A stretch of DNA of 64,000 bases, taken from the IMG/VR virus record IMGVR_UViG_3300024346_000006. One strand, written 5' to 3'. The notes beneath the pieces are model-generated. The model was not told the DNA's origin. It was given only the letters and a program-made list of their open reading frames with translations, and made no database searches. The position numbers and the translations under genes are program-made. Below are positions 26,801-34,720 of this stretch, in pieces (within the stretch, counting starts at the first letter, position 1; the number at the start of each line of letters is the position of its first letter). This DNA comes from a virus. Its lineage: Duplodnaviria; Caudoviricetes.

Positions 26801-26970
26801 ATAAAGTCAGCAACATCTTCTTCTCTTACTTTTTTTGCAACATCCTTACTGATAGTGACAGGATACTCTTTATCGCCAAGTTTAAATTTTTTCTCACCAG
26901 CGGCCTGCGCTGCAGACGCTGCACCAATAAAGGCGGCAATGTCTTCAATTGTCATATTCTTTTTAAACAT
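23815..26970 (-). CDS. Large modular putative internal head protein (1051 aa)
   Basis: K/E-rich; N-terminal 42-aa duplication; CxxC-CxxC; many xxE junctions (LDEA, FDEA, MNEA, VQEA, ITER, LQEG, LKEE). Confidence 0.65.
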   Translation of the reverse strand: MFKKNMTIEDIAAFIGAASAAQAAGEKKFKLGDKEYPVTISKDVAKKVREEDVADFIGAASAAKSAGKTKFKFGDKEYPVTISDKVAKAVKEGKMPCVKCEGKGCDMCNDRGNLENAVKDSIEIKKQELDGRTKAFKEKLQKLMYKDQGKKDLSNEKQFDGRQSAFKEKLKKLGYRKEDITTEEIFNKILEERWEVRAGKHAIGSLSYDDKEIINVDKKTAAKLQAYFKKTNDGKAWREIFQGLGKGKDSVEDQKSFNAYAKRLVGEDLDEASKEGTVRIIDLGNKAQDKIRKELGVDKLPNKGFQVQVMTKGKFVNQGKPYKTMKDAEKVRSTGQHSMRFDEAKSATGYELYHKDFSSAMKHAYDHAKKKLGIEIDPDEIDDKVAMGPKKPSNGKTNSYRLMGTDKKGKSRGVQIQVANLDNKRYELNMYKEEVELGEGEFKPHMMYDPKTGKGYKAEKPEDHERMKKLGYSHETPEMNEAMKNTHALIDTANGNKVVAMASSEKGVKQSRASAELPPMSIKNKNTLKIVTLTKPQSQKESEKMIGRPLPSNMDKFPTNVSASQGKRMGEELLATIRAKHKQEEVQEASSKAEMVEGMKMNDPKLLRVFDKLKKGSTVKIKHDSALEKGKDFIEYIVKSKNMVRNGTVEKITLARKDSPTSAKRYLYKRDGGVTMAFGDMAVSPVDIKEEITERAPKIKGSSPKMKNGIIYSIRGKNGKVYDVELQLDRTSIKFRTLDDMGAINTISLGQAARIFEELETISEKKYSTKQYKMAFGVLNDPRWKGGNMTQIIGTIEKIAKGLSDDPAISKAIQLTNEDLQEGTWAFADKSSEVTALKKLMSKPITLGKEGDDATEVLYSLLGDDELFDDLADAGKKNPKGDARPVIKNWFKQRIKDNSYGMGKDAADLAKKLGLKEEAELFAESIIDDMRDIVDNKQAKKIKGTIVDLFTASAVVQIYDKVNDSNKSKMEKLPLPKLVDLAYKIMKREEINEINIIIENSDKKDAKEMEEIVREMNPKYNTNQVKKEVEQMAMEKYGNKPRAKKIASYIK
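26700..26950 (-). repeat. 126-bp (42-aa) in-frame tandem duplication
   Basis: atagtgacaggatactc at 26726 and 26852; FIGAASAA...KFK.GDKEYPVTIS twice. Ends approximate. Confidence 0.9.
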
Positions 26971-26998
26971 GAAAAATCTCCGTTTTTTTACTATTTAT

Positions 26999-29125
26999 CT
27001 ATTTTTTAACCTTGGCCCACAAATCTGCATCACCAGTAGTTCTTGTTTTCCCACCTGTGATAAAAGAATTCACTCTCGCAAACGCCCATTGTTGTGGAGT
27101 AGTTCCCGGCCTGTGGCCACCCTTCCAGGCCGCCATACCTCTATCATATACCTTTTTTAGAATTTCATATGAAATACCAGATTTATCTGCCTTTTTAACT
27201 AATCCAGCAATCTTTGCTTCGTCTAATGTCTCTGTACTATCTTCGCCAAACATCTGCTTATATTTCTTAGTATATTGTGAAGGTTTCGTTTCTGCATCTG
27301 TATCTCCAGGCGCTGGTTTATAAGAAGAATCTTTTCTATCTGGTTTAGATGCCTGTTTTTTAAAATGAGCAGCTCTTTTATCTTTAGTAGACTTGGACAT
27401 CTCATCACCATCAGCATCTTTTGCATAATACTTTTTTGGTTGAGATCCCTCTTTGTCTTTGATATCTGGGTCTTGAGTTGTCTTTCTTTCGTAAATAAAT
27501 TGTGAAAAACTTTTTATATTCTCTTCTAAATCTTCCGCAGAATAACCAAGTTTCTTTTTTAGTATATTCATTGCAGTTGCCATCTTAACTTGCATCCACT
27601 CATCGCCGTATCTTTTCTTAAAATCATCATCTGGCAAATCTTTTGCAATCTTTTCTAAATCCTTTTCTCTTTCTGGATTCATCTTAAAATCTTCTAGTTT
27701 ATTTCCGTCCTTGTCGTACTTACCAGATTTCTTTTTCGCAATCGCAATCGCAGCCTGTTGAGCTCTAGATACACCTTCATCTTTTCCAGAAATCCTGTCA
27801 CGGAAATCTTTTTTAATTTCTCCATCTGTCACTTTCTCAACATCTTGAATAATCTTTGGATTTTTTAATAATTTGCGTAGGTTGTTTTTAACTTCCCCAG
27901 CACTACTTGCATCTATATAAAAAGTAGGTAATCCTTCAATATCTACTTGATAATTTGCTTCCTCAAGACTTTCATATTTTAATTCTTTACTTGATGTAGA
28001 AAAATTCTTTTTACGCATGATTGTTTTATGTACAACTTCAAACTCACCATTCTTGTAATTGATGACTACAGGCAGATTTAAATTAGTTGACATGTCTTTG
28101 AGAACTGCTTCGATATCAGGATTTGACTTAATCTGCGAACCTTTTTTCTTTTGAATCTTTTTGAAAAACTTTTGAAGTTCTGCAACTTTAATCTCTGGGT
28201 CATTTCTTTTATCATTCATTCTGTCAACAAAATGTCTTGTAAATGTAACATCAATATCATACTTTGCAAGCATTCTATCTGCAAACTTTTCTAAATCATC
28301 AATTTGTTTTTGAGACACTTCCTCATTATTGTATATTTTTTTATATACCGTATCATAATCATCATCAATACCAATTTTAAAATCTAACTCTTTATAAACA
28401 GATTCCATCAATATTTCATCTTCGATATCTTCTACAATCTCTACAAATTCTGTTTCAATAAAACGTGAAAAGTCTGCATTGGTTGCTTCAAGAAACTCTA
28501 ACAATTCTTCACTTATATTCATTGACTTTCTGAGAGTATCAAATAATTTTTTTCCATTAGACTTTTCAAAGTCAGAAGGCAAACCAGATTTAAATCCGTT
28601 GAGTATTTTACCAGTTTTCGGGTCTTTCTCATCTTCATATCTATTTGCAGCTGCTGCTGCTCTCATTTTAGATGCTGACATACCAGCAACACCCTCTGCA
28701 TCAGGATCTCTTTCCCCCGCAGAAACTACTTCAATACCATCTTTAAAATCATAGAAACCATGGCTTCCTTCTTTACCATTATATTTGTTAAGTGTAGTTT
28801 TAAATTCTGTAACTCTATCTCCACCGACAACCATAATACATCTCTTATAACCCATGTCATATAACATAGGAGCAATCATAAATGCAGTCTTTGCATTTCT
28901 ATTAGAGATGATATTGCGAGAATACTTTGGAAACATCTTTTTCATAAAACCAACTTTAGTTTTATGATCTAAAGGATCTTTTTTGTCATTTTGTGAATGA
29001 CTAGGAAATACCATAAAGTCGGCGCCTTCTTTTTTAGCAACCGATGCAAGTTTTTTTATTAATTTTTCGTGTCCTGTGGTTGGGGGATTAAACCTACCAA
29101 ATGTAAAAATTACTGTATCTTTCAT
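26999..29125 (-). CDS. Cytidyltransferase-like (HIGH-fold) nucleotidyltransferase fused to further modules (708 aa)
   Basis: FTFGRFNPPTTGHEKL, VVGGDR, MSASKMR; internal FTRHFVDR domain; C-terminal QWAFARVNSF module. Confidence 0.85.
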   Translation of the reverse strand: MKDTVIFTFGRFNPPTTGHEKLIKKLASVAKKEGADFMVFPSHSQNDKKDPLDHKTKVGFMKKMFPKYSRNIISNRNAKTAFMIAPMLYDMGYKRCIMVVGGDRVTEFKTTLNKYNGKEGSHGFYDFKDGIEVVSAGERDPDAEGVAGMSASKMRAAAAANRYEDEKDPKTGKILNGFKSGLPSDFEKSNGKKLFDTLRKSMNISEELLEFLEATNADFSRFIETEFVEIVEDIEDEILMESVYKELDFKIGIDDDYDTVYKKIYNNEEVSQKQIDDLEKFADRMLAKYDIDVTFTRHFVDRMNDKRNDPEIKVAELQKFFKKIQKKKGSQIKSNPDIEAVLKDMSTNLNLPVVINYKNGEFEVVHKTIMRKKNFSTSSKELKYESLEEANYQVDIEGLPTFYIDASSAGEVKNNLRKLLKNPKIIQDVEKVTDGEIKKDFRDRISGKDEGVSRAQQAAIAIAKKKSGKYDKDGNKLEDFKMNPEREKDLEKIAKDLPDDDFKKRYGDEWMQVKMATAMNILKKKLGYSAEDLEENIKSFSQFIYERKTTQDPDIKDKEGSQPKKYYAKDADGDEMSKSTKDKRAAHFKKQASKPDRKDSSYKPAPGDTDAETKPSQYTKKYKQMFGEDSTETLDEAKIAGLVKKADKSGISYEILKKVYDRGMAAWKGGHRPGTTPQQWAFARVNSFITGGKTRTTGDADLWAKVKK

Positions 29126-29508
29126 GACCCTGCTCTTGTGATTTTAGTGATTCTTTCAATCTGTTGATTGATAATAGCCTCTCTATTGGGCCAGTAAATA
29201 TACTCTTTTTCTTTATTCTTCATTAGATTATTTAGAAGAGGCATTATCAAGTTCTCCACCTCTTGTAATTTATTTGATACAATAACTTTCTCATTTTCAT
29301 AGTAATCTTTTACTATAGAAACTTCATCCAACATACTTCCAAGGCGGTCTGCAAGATTGTCCATTTTATATTCTAAAAGTTTTACGCTCTCGCCTGTAGT
29401 CTCCAACTGAGAAGACATCTCTTGAGTATGGGTAGATGTACCAGTTAATCCTTTAAGATCATCTTCATCTACTGCTGTAAAACCAAAATCTATATCGTCT
29501 TGTGTCAT
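29122..29508 (-). CDS. Hypothetical protein (128 aa)
   Basis: Coupled by overlaps on both sides; NKEKEYIYWPNR motif. Confidence 0.65.
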   Translation of the reverse strand: MTQDDIDFGFTAVDEDDLKGLTGTSTHTQEMSSQLETTGESVKLLEYKMDNLADRLGSMLDEVSIVKDYYENEKVIVSNKLQEVENLIMPLLNNLMKNKEKEYIYWPNREAIINQQIERITKITRAGS

Positions 29509-29786
29509 GTGTCAAACCTATGAATTTTTATTTCTAATTTTCCACAGTCATATCCTTTTATGACTCTGTGAAAAACTCCTTTTTTTATTTTCAACATCAT
29601 TCCTTCCAAAAGGAGAAAAGGAAATTCGTCATCATACTGAAAGTGCCATCCATCGGAGTATAATATTTCAACCAATCTAGTTTCATTGTCTCTGTGCCAC
29701 ACTAAATCATTTACATCAGAATCGCCAGAAAATGTTCTCTTTACTGTTCTTTCATTAATTACTGTTTCAATATATGGAACCATCAT
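29505..29786 (-). CDS. Small cupin-like protein (93 aa)
   Basis: LVWHRD..TR...WHFQYDD..P...IKKGVFHRVIKG cupin-like pattern. Confidence 0.6.
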   Translation of the reverse strand: MMVPYIETVINERTVKRTFSGDSDVNDLVWHRDNETRLVEILYSDGWHFQYDDEFPFLLLEGMMLKIKKGVFHRVIKGYDCGKLEIKIHRFDT

Positions 29787-29796
29787 AAATCACCTA

Positions 29797-30339
29797 TTAC
29801 CAGAAAAAATTACCACCACCACTTAATCCAAGTTGTTTTGCATACTTTGGAAGTCTACATGCCCAATAGCCTGGTTTTGTCTTATCGTTTTTCTGATCGC
29901 AATTATGTCTTGCAACAAAACTCTTTCTTGCCTCTGGGTCATTAATTTTTGCAGTCAATCCTGTTGTATCCCCAAATGAAATCTTAATTACATTTCCTTT
30001 ATCATTTTTAACATATACATAATACTTTTTCTTACCACCCCTCTTTGGGGAATTCAATTCTACATCTTCTTCCATCAAGGGGCAGTCTAAAGGAACATAT
30101 ACGGCATCAAATTCTTGTTTCTCAAACATCGCCCACTCACCAATATCTGTTTGTAACATTTCAATGTCGTAAAGGTCAAACTCGAGCTTACCTTCTTCAT
30201 ATAATTTTCTCGCCACTCTAAAGGTTTTGTAAAAATTATTTGAACCTAGACGAAAGACATTATCAATTAGTGGTATTTCATTCTGTCTATGATACAACAC
30301 CATTTCTTCTATATTTTGAAACTGTTTATAAGTTTTCAT
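29797..30339 (-). CDS. Putative internal head protein (180 aa; start revised to 30339)
   Basis: Starts MKTYKQFQNIEE (ATGA overlap with upstream stop); C-terminal KYYVYVKN...FGD...ARKSFVARHNC...GYWAC module. Confidence 0.7.
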   Translation of the reverse strand: MKTYKQFQNIEEMVLYHRQNEIPLIDNVFRLGSNNFYKTFRVARKLYEEGKLEFDLYDIEMLQTDIGEWAMFEKQEFDAVYVPLDCPLMEEDVELNSPKRGGKKKYYVYVKNDKGNVIKISFGDTTGLTAKINDPEARKSFVARHNCDQKNDKTKPGYWACRLPKYAKQLGLSGGGNFFW

Positions 30340-30839
30340 CTCAATAACTTCTCCAATTCTCTCATAGTCTTCGCTGGATTGATATGACGAATACCAATAC
30401 CACCTTTCGCTTCCCATTCTTTTATATTCTTAGGATAATCATCAATTAGAATATTTGGTTTATCATTTGTTGTAGCAAATTTCTGTTTATCTTCTCGTTG
30501 GACTAAATGTATTTTTCCATTCAATCTCAAATTTTTTGAAATCCAAGCTCTTTTACCTTTTTGCGAATTCGAATCTCTTTTGGAATATGCAGATAAAATG
30601 TTTGCATTGTACTTGTTTAACATTTTCCACATCTTTTCCGAGCCTGACATCCATGGTAGGGTGTGCCAAAAATCTTTCTTGGATTTAATATCTTCCCATC
30701 TTTCTTCTTTGTCGGTTGATGCAAAGTCTTTATTAAATGCGGTTGTATAACCGCCTGTGAAATTACAAAGAACTTCGTCCATATCACAATAAATTTCTGG
30801 CATTTCTTTTTCAAAAATATATTGATTGAAAGTTTTCAT
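30336..30839 (-). CDS. HAD-family phosphatase (NT5C-like) with CTS-like N-terminus
   Basis: MKTFNQYIFE then IYCDMDEVL, ILSA, ILIDDYPKNI...GGIGIRH. Confidence 0.8.
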   Translation of the reverse strand: MKTFNQYIFEKEMPEIYCDMDEVLCNFTGGYTTAFNKDFASTDKEERWEDIKSKKDFWHTLPWMSGSEKMWKMLNKYNANILSAYSKRDSNSQKGKRAWISKNLRLNGKIHLVQREDKQKFATTNDKPNILIDDYPKNIKEWEAKGGIGIRHINPAKTMRELEKLLR

Positions 30840-31129
30840 TTCATTAAACCTTTTATTACTTTTAGTGCCATCTTACCATCTGGGTGATGCGGATTAATAC
30901 TGACTTCATCCCCATTAACAAAATCAGAAATACTAGCTGACTTGCCAAGAGCAGTAATTGCTTTGTGTAGTGGATCTTTTGGATCGTATCTTCGTTCAAA
31001 ATTGGGTTTTCCTCTTAGTTCGACCCAGCTCTTTTCTTTAGTATCCCACATCTTAAGTACATCTTGATCTTTACCACGAACCAATTTGAGCTTAATACCT
31101 TCAGAAAGATATTGAGTAAAACCTAACAT
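30836..31129 (-). CDS. Hypothetical protein with CTS-like N-terminus (97 aa)
   Basis: MLGFTQYLSE-GIK...; overlaps both neighbours. Confidence 0.65.
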   Translation of the reverse strand: MLGFTQYLSEGIKLKLVRGKDQDVLKMWDTKEKSWVELRGKPNFERRYDPKDPLHKAITALGKSASISDFVNGDEVSINPHHPDGKMALKVIKGLMK

Positions 31130-32073
31130 CAGTCATCGTCCATTTCGTCCATGATACTGTAATCATAAACAGCGTCGATGTAATCCTTTGCCTTCGTCAC
31201 TTTAGAAACTACCCACGCCTCCATTTCATATTCATTATTTTGTGGATTATCGACTTCTTCCATAAGTGCCTCTGCAAGTTCTGTGGACTTATTAGAAAGA
31301 ATGATGAGTTGTCTCAACATCATCTCCAAACTATCCTGTGCAAACTCTGCGTCTTCTATAAATAGTTCTTCTTTAATTCCTCTTGCGGCCTTTTCTGCAG
31401 AAATCCACTTTTTAGCGACAGTTTTAGTTGGTGATTTCTTTGTCCACGCTCCAATAGTTCTATATGCCCTCATAACATCTCTTTCAAAGTCTGCGCCGTC
31501 AGAGTTATCAATTACAAACATTTTTTCCTTAAATGCAGACTGAAATTTACCAATGTTTCCTTGAACACCTTTCCACATAGATTCAACTTCATTGTCTGGA
31601 AGACTTCTCGCTCTTAATCTATTTCGGTTTAATGCGGTGTCTAAATCGGTATTGACAAAAATCATTGCGGTTTCGTAACCCATCGCCTCTAACTTGTCTT
31701 TTTGTTTTTTAATTTTATCATAATCTTTTCCAGTACCATCGACAACAAGTCCAAGTCTACCCCTCATATATCCCGCCTGTTGCGCCGCAGTAAGTGCTTT
31801 TGCTTTACCTCTTACTTGTTGTCCAAGGTCAGAGAAAATATCATCTGGATTTCCTTTGTCCAGTCCCGACTTATCCAACGCCCTTTCAAATGCAGGGTCG
31901 GAGTTTACAACTCTCAATCCAAAAGAAGTAAGTGCAGTTCTACCTACAATAAAAGATTTACCAGAACCTGGCCCACCGGCGAGGAACACCGCCTTAAAGA
32001 TGCCTGGGTCATTGATACCTTCTTCTAAAGTTTCTTCATTTCTAAGATTTTCGATTATATTTCTTATATCCAT
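31129..32073 (-). CDS. P-loop kinase (zeta-toxin/polynucleotide-kinase-like; start revised to 32073)
   Basis: AVFLAGGPGSGKS Walker A, VNSD, LVVDGT, ALNRNRLRAR lid; extra C-terminal module after IKEE. Confidence 0.8.
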   Translation of the reverse strand: MDIRNIIENLRNEETLEEGINDPGIFKAVFLAGGPGSGKSFIVGRTALTSFGLRVVNSDPAFERALDKSGLDKGNPDDIFSDLGQQVRGKAKALTAAQQAGYMRGRLGLVVDGTGKDYDKIKKQKDKLEAMGYETAMIFVNTDLDTALNRNRLRARSLPDNEVESMWKGVQGNIGKFQSAFKEKMFVIDNSDGADFERDVMRAYRTIGAWTKKSPTKTVAKKWISAEKAARGIKEELFIEDAEFAQDSLEMMLRQLIILSNKSTELAEALMEEVDNPQNNEYEMEAWVVSKVTKAKDYIDAVYDYSIMDEMDDD

Positions 32074-32074
32074 T

Positions 32075-33328
32075 TTACTTGTCCCATGCCTTTGCTGCAG
32101 TAAAGTTATTATAACTAAATTCCATTCGATCAACAATTTTCACGGCATTACCCTTTGTATCAATTGCAACATAACCTTCTGGATTTGTCACTTCATAACC
32201 GTTTTCTGTACGAACAAAAATCTGCGTTAACTGTTTAACACTATTTAGTTTATTTATAATAAGAGATTTAGCACCAATTAATTCTTCCATAAAATCAACA
32301 ATTGAATATGCAACACTGTCTAATTTAATTAATTGTTTTACTGCATCATCTCTAATTCTTTCTTTATCTTTTCTTGCACCTTCTGTTTTTAACTTTGCAA
32401 TAACTTTTTCGTCAAAAAACTTTTTAACATACATCGAATAGTCTAAATTTTTCATGTTCTTTGTAGAAATATTCTGTCCTTCACGAATATATGTGTTGAG
32501 ATAGGTTTTGAAACTTGCACCAGCAAGTCCTTTAATAAAAATTTTGTTTTGGAGTTGCATAAATGTTTTAAAATCGTTTGATCTGATTTTCTTAAATTTT
32601 CTACCAACTTGAGACATTTGCCCATCGAGTGTTTTTAGTTCGGACGAAGTAAATTTTGCAGAACCAGAAACATCTTTATATGTTGCATCATCCATCCACA
32701 CAGATGATGTTTTCTTTAATCCAGATATATTCACACCAAAAGAGGCCGTCATCGATGGTAAATCTTTTCCAGAATATGTTGTATGCCAAACAACACCAAT
32801 CTTTGCAGCGTTGATTGCCTTTCCTAAATCAGAATCTTTCTGAACTGCATACATCAATGTGTTTTGTTGGAATGTTAGATATGTCTCGCCATCAAGTGTT
32901 TTTTCTGACACATCATCAGTAAACATTAAGTCTCCTTGAATAACACCCTTAATTCCCAATTTAGAAAATTCTCGATATGCAACAGTAAATTTTGATTTTA
33001 ATGCGGGACTTAGTTTTATATCTGCATCGATCTCTGCAGTACTTTTATATAATAGTGGAGTCTCATTAAATACAGATTTTTTTGCGATAAAGAATTTTCC
33101 ATCACTTGGATCTATTCCAGCGAATATAGCAGGAGCACCGTCCCACTTAACTGTCATGTTTACTTTAGAATCTGAATTTCCTGCCAACATGTCTCTTAAA
33201 GATAAAAGAAATTGTACAGCGGCACGGCCACCATCGATTCCAAAGTTGAGAATTTCATCTTCAAGGTGTTCTAAGTGTAGATTTTTTCCACCTTTTGATT
33301 CAGTAAGATATTTTTTAAATGATTGCAT
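32075..33328 (-). CDS. Putative ATP-dependent ligase-superfamily nucleotidyltransferase with CTS-like N-terminus (417 aa)
   Basis: MQSFKKYLTE; TVKWDG (motif I, K61), IQGDL (III), PEGYVA (IV), AVKIVDR (V). Confidence 0.6.
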   Translation of the reverse strand: MQSFKKYLTESKGGKNLHLEHLEDEILNFGIDGGRAAVQFLLSLRDMLAGNSDSKVNMTVKWDGAPAIFAGIDPSDGKFFIAKKSVFNETPLLYKSTAEIDADIKLSPALKSKFTVAYREFSKLGIKGVIQGDLMFTDDVSEKTLDGETYLTFQQNTLMYAVQKDSDLGKAINAAKIGVVWHTTYSGKDLPSMTASFGVNISGLKKTSSVWMDDATYKDVSGSAKFTSSELKTLDGQMSQVGRKFKKIRSNDFKTFMQLQNKIFIKGLAGASFKTYLNTYIREGQNISTKNMKNLDYSMYVKKFFDEKVIAKLKTEGARKDKERIRDDAVKQLIKLDSVAYSIVDFMEELIGAKSLIINKLNSVKQLTQIFVRTENGYEVTNPEGYVAIDTKGNAVKIVDRMEFSYNNFTAAKAWDK

Positions 33329-34689
33329 TAGTAAAGTTTCCCGAATGGCCCAAATATTTTCCCCTTCTTTTGGGCAAGATATGTTAAAGTTGTTAGTAAA
33401 TCATCTCTTTTTTCATCATTTGTGATGGAGACAATTTCACACACCAAATGGAGTTGCATCAATTTACTATGAGCATAATCTGGTCTTGATGTGTTAAATG
33501 CCGATACCATATTTTTTTGAAACTGGTTTTCGGTTATTCCTGTATATTGTTTTACTTTGTTGAATTTATATAAGAATTTATTATAATCGTTCATGAATTC
33601 TTCTTCAGATGTAGGATAGTTTGTATTATCATTATCCCAATTAAGGCCTTCGTCTGTAAAAATTTTTCTGGCCATGTCTAAAGGAACTTTACCAAGTCTT
33701 GCGGAAGTTGCGCCCAAGTCTGTTCCTTCAATTTTTAAATTATTAAAACCAGCACTATTTTGTCTGATTTGAAATTTAATTCTTCCCTTTTTACCTGATA
33801 CAACAATTTTGGTATCTGAGTTAACAAACTCTCCATTTCCCTTTGTCTTAAGATTGATATCGATGTCTTGTAATTTAAAGTTATATTCTTTATCATCAAA
33901 GATGTCCATGTTTTCTAGATTTACAAGTTCCCATCTTGCAGTTGTACCTGACATCTTTTTTAGGGAAATACCAACTATTCTTCTTTCATGGAACATATCT
34001 CTTAGAATGGCGTTAAATTCTTCTAGGGAAGTTACATCATCTAATACTTTTTCTTTTAAGGTGTTTTTTACTTTATTAAGGTCAGATACCAACCATATGT
34101 CTGCAGGGTTCCAAGTATCTTTTTTTGCAATACCATATTTTTGTTTACAAATTCCAGTAATGTAATCCATAAATCCACGGTCTCTGGAATAGTGTTTATA
34201 ACTACTGTTTCCGACTTTATTATATGTTGTTAATTGTTGCTGAAAGAATGTATTTTCCCATTCTTCATTCATAGCTGGATAAATCTTTTTTAGATCATCA
34301 CGGTATAGTTTCATAAACTTGCCTTGATCTGTGTATCCATTATTTTCAATACCCATTTTTATCGCAAAAAGGGAGGCGAGTTCTTGCATCTGGGTAGTTT
34401 TCCCATCAGAACCGCCTCCCATTCCACTAAAGGGTGCTTTATCTATTTGTGTCCACTTGTATCCATTAAAAATTGGAAGGTATTTACCACTTTTTGTCAA
34501 AGAACTCATAACTCTAGGTTGCGACTTGTCCTTCACTGCCCCAAGAAACTTCTTTACTTCTGGAGTCAATTGAACCATAGCCTTTGATCTATCCGCAAAC
34601 TTTAGTTCTTTTTTACTATTAATCACATCTGCAACCATATTCAAGTATGGTTTTTCAAACTTTGTTTCTTTTGCTCCAAGGTTTGCCAA
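33328..34689 (-). CDS. PD-(D/E)XK-like nuclease (453 aa)
   Basis: TQMQE...KDTWNPADIWLV...IVGISLKK pattern. Confidence 0.55.
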   Translation of the reverse strand: MANLGAKETKFEKPYLNMVADVINSKKELKFADRSKAMVQLTPEVKKFLGAVKDKSQPRVMSSLTKSGKYLPIFNGYKWTQIDKAPFSGMGGGSDGKTTQMQELASLFAIKMGIENNGYTDQGKFMKLYRDDLKKIYPAMNEEWENTFFQQQLTTYNKVGNSSYKHYSRDRGFMDYITGICKQKYGIAKKDTWNPADIWLVSDLNKVKNTLKEKVLDDVTSLEEFNAILRDMFHERRIVGISLKKMSGTTARWELVNLENMDIFDDKEYNFKLQDIDINLKTKGNGEFVNSDTKIVVSGKKGRIKFQIRQNSAGFNNLKIEGTDLGATSARLGKVPLDMARKIFTDEGLNWDNDNTNYPTSEEEFMNDYNKFLYKFNKVKQYTGITENQFQKNMVSAFNTSRPDYAHSKLMQLHLVCEIVSITNDEKRDDLLTTLTYLAQKKGKIFGPFGKLY

Positions 34690-34720
34690 TGGAATTCCCT
34701 TTTTGTTGAGTTAATACCAT

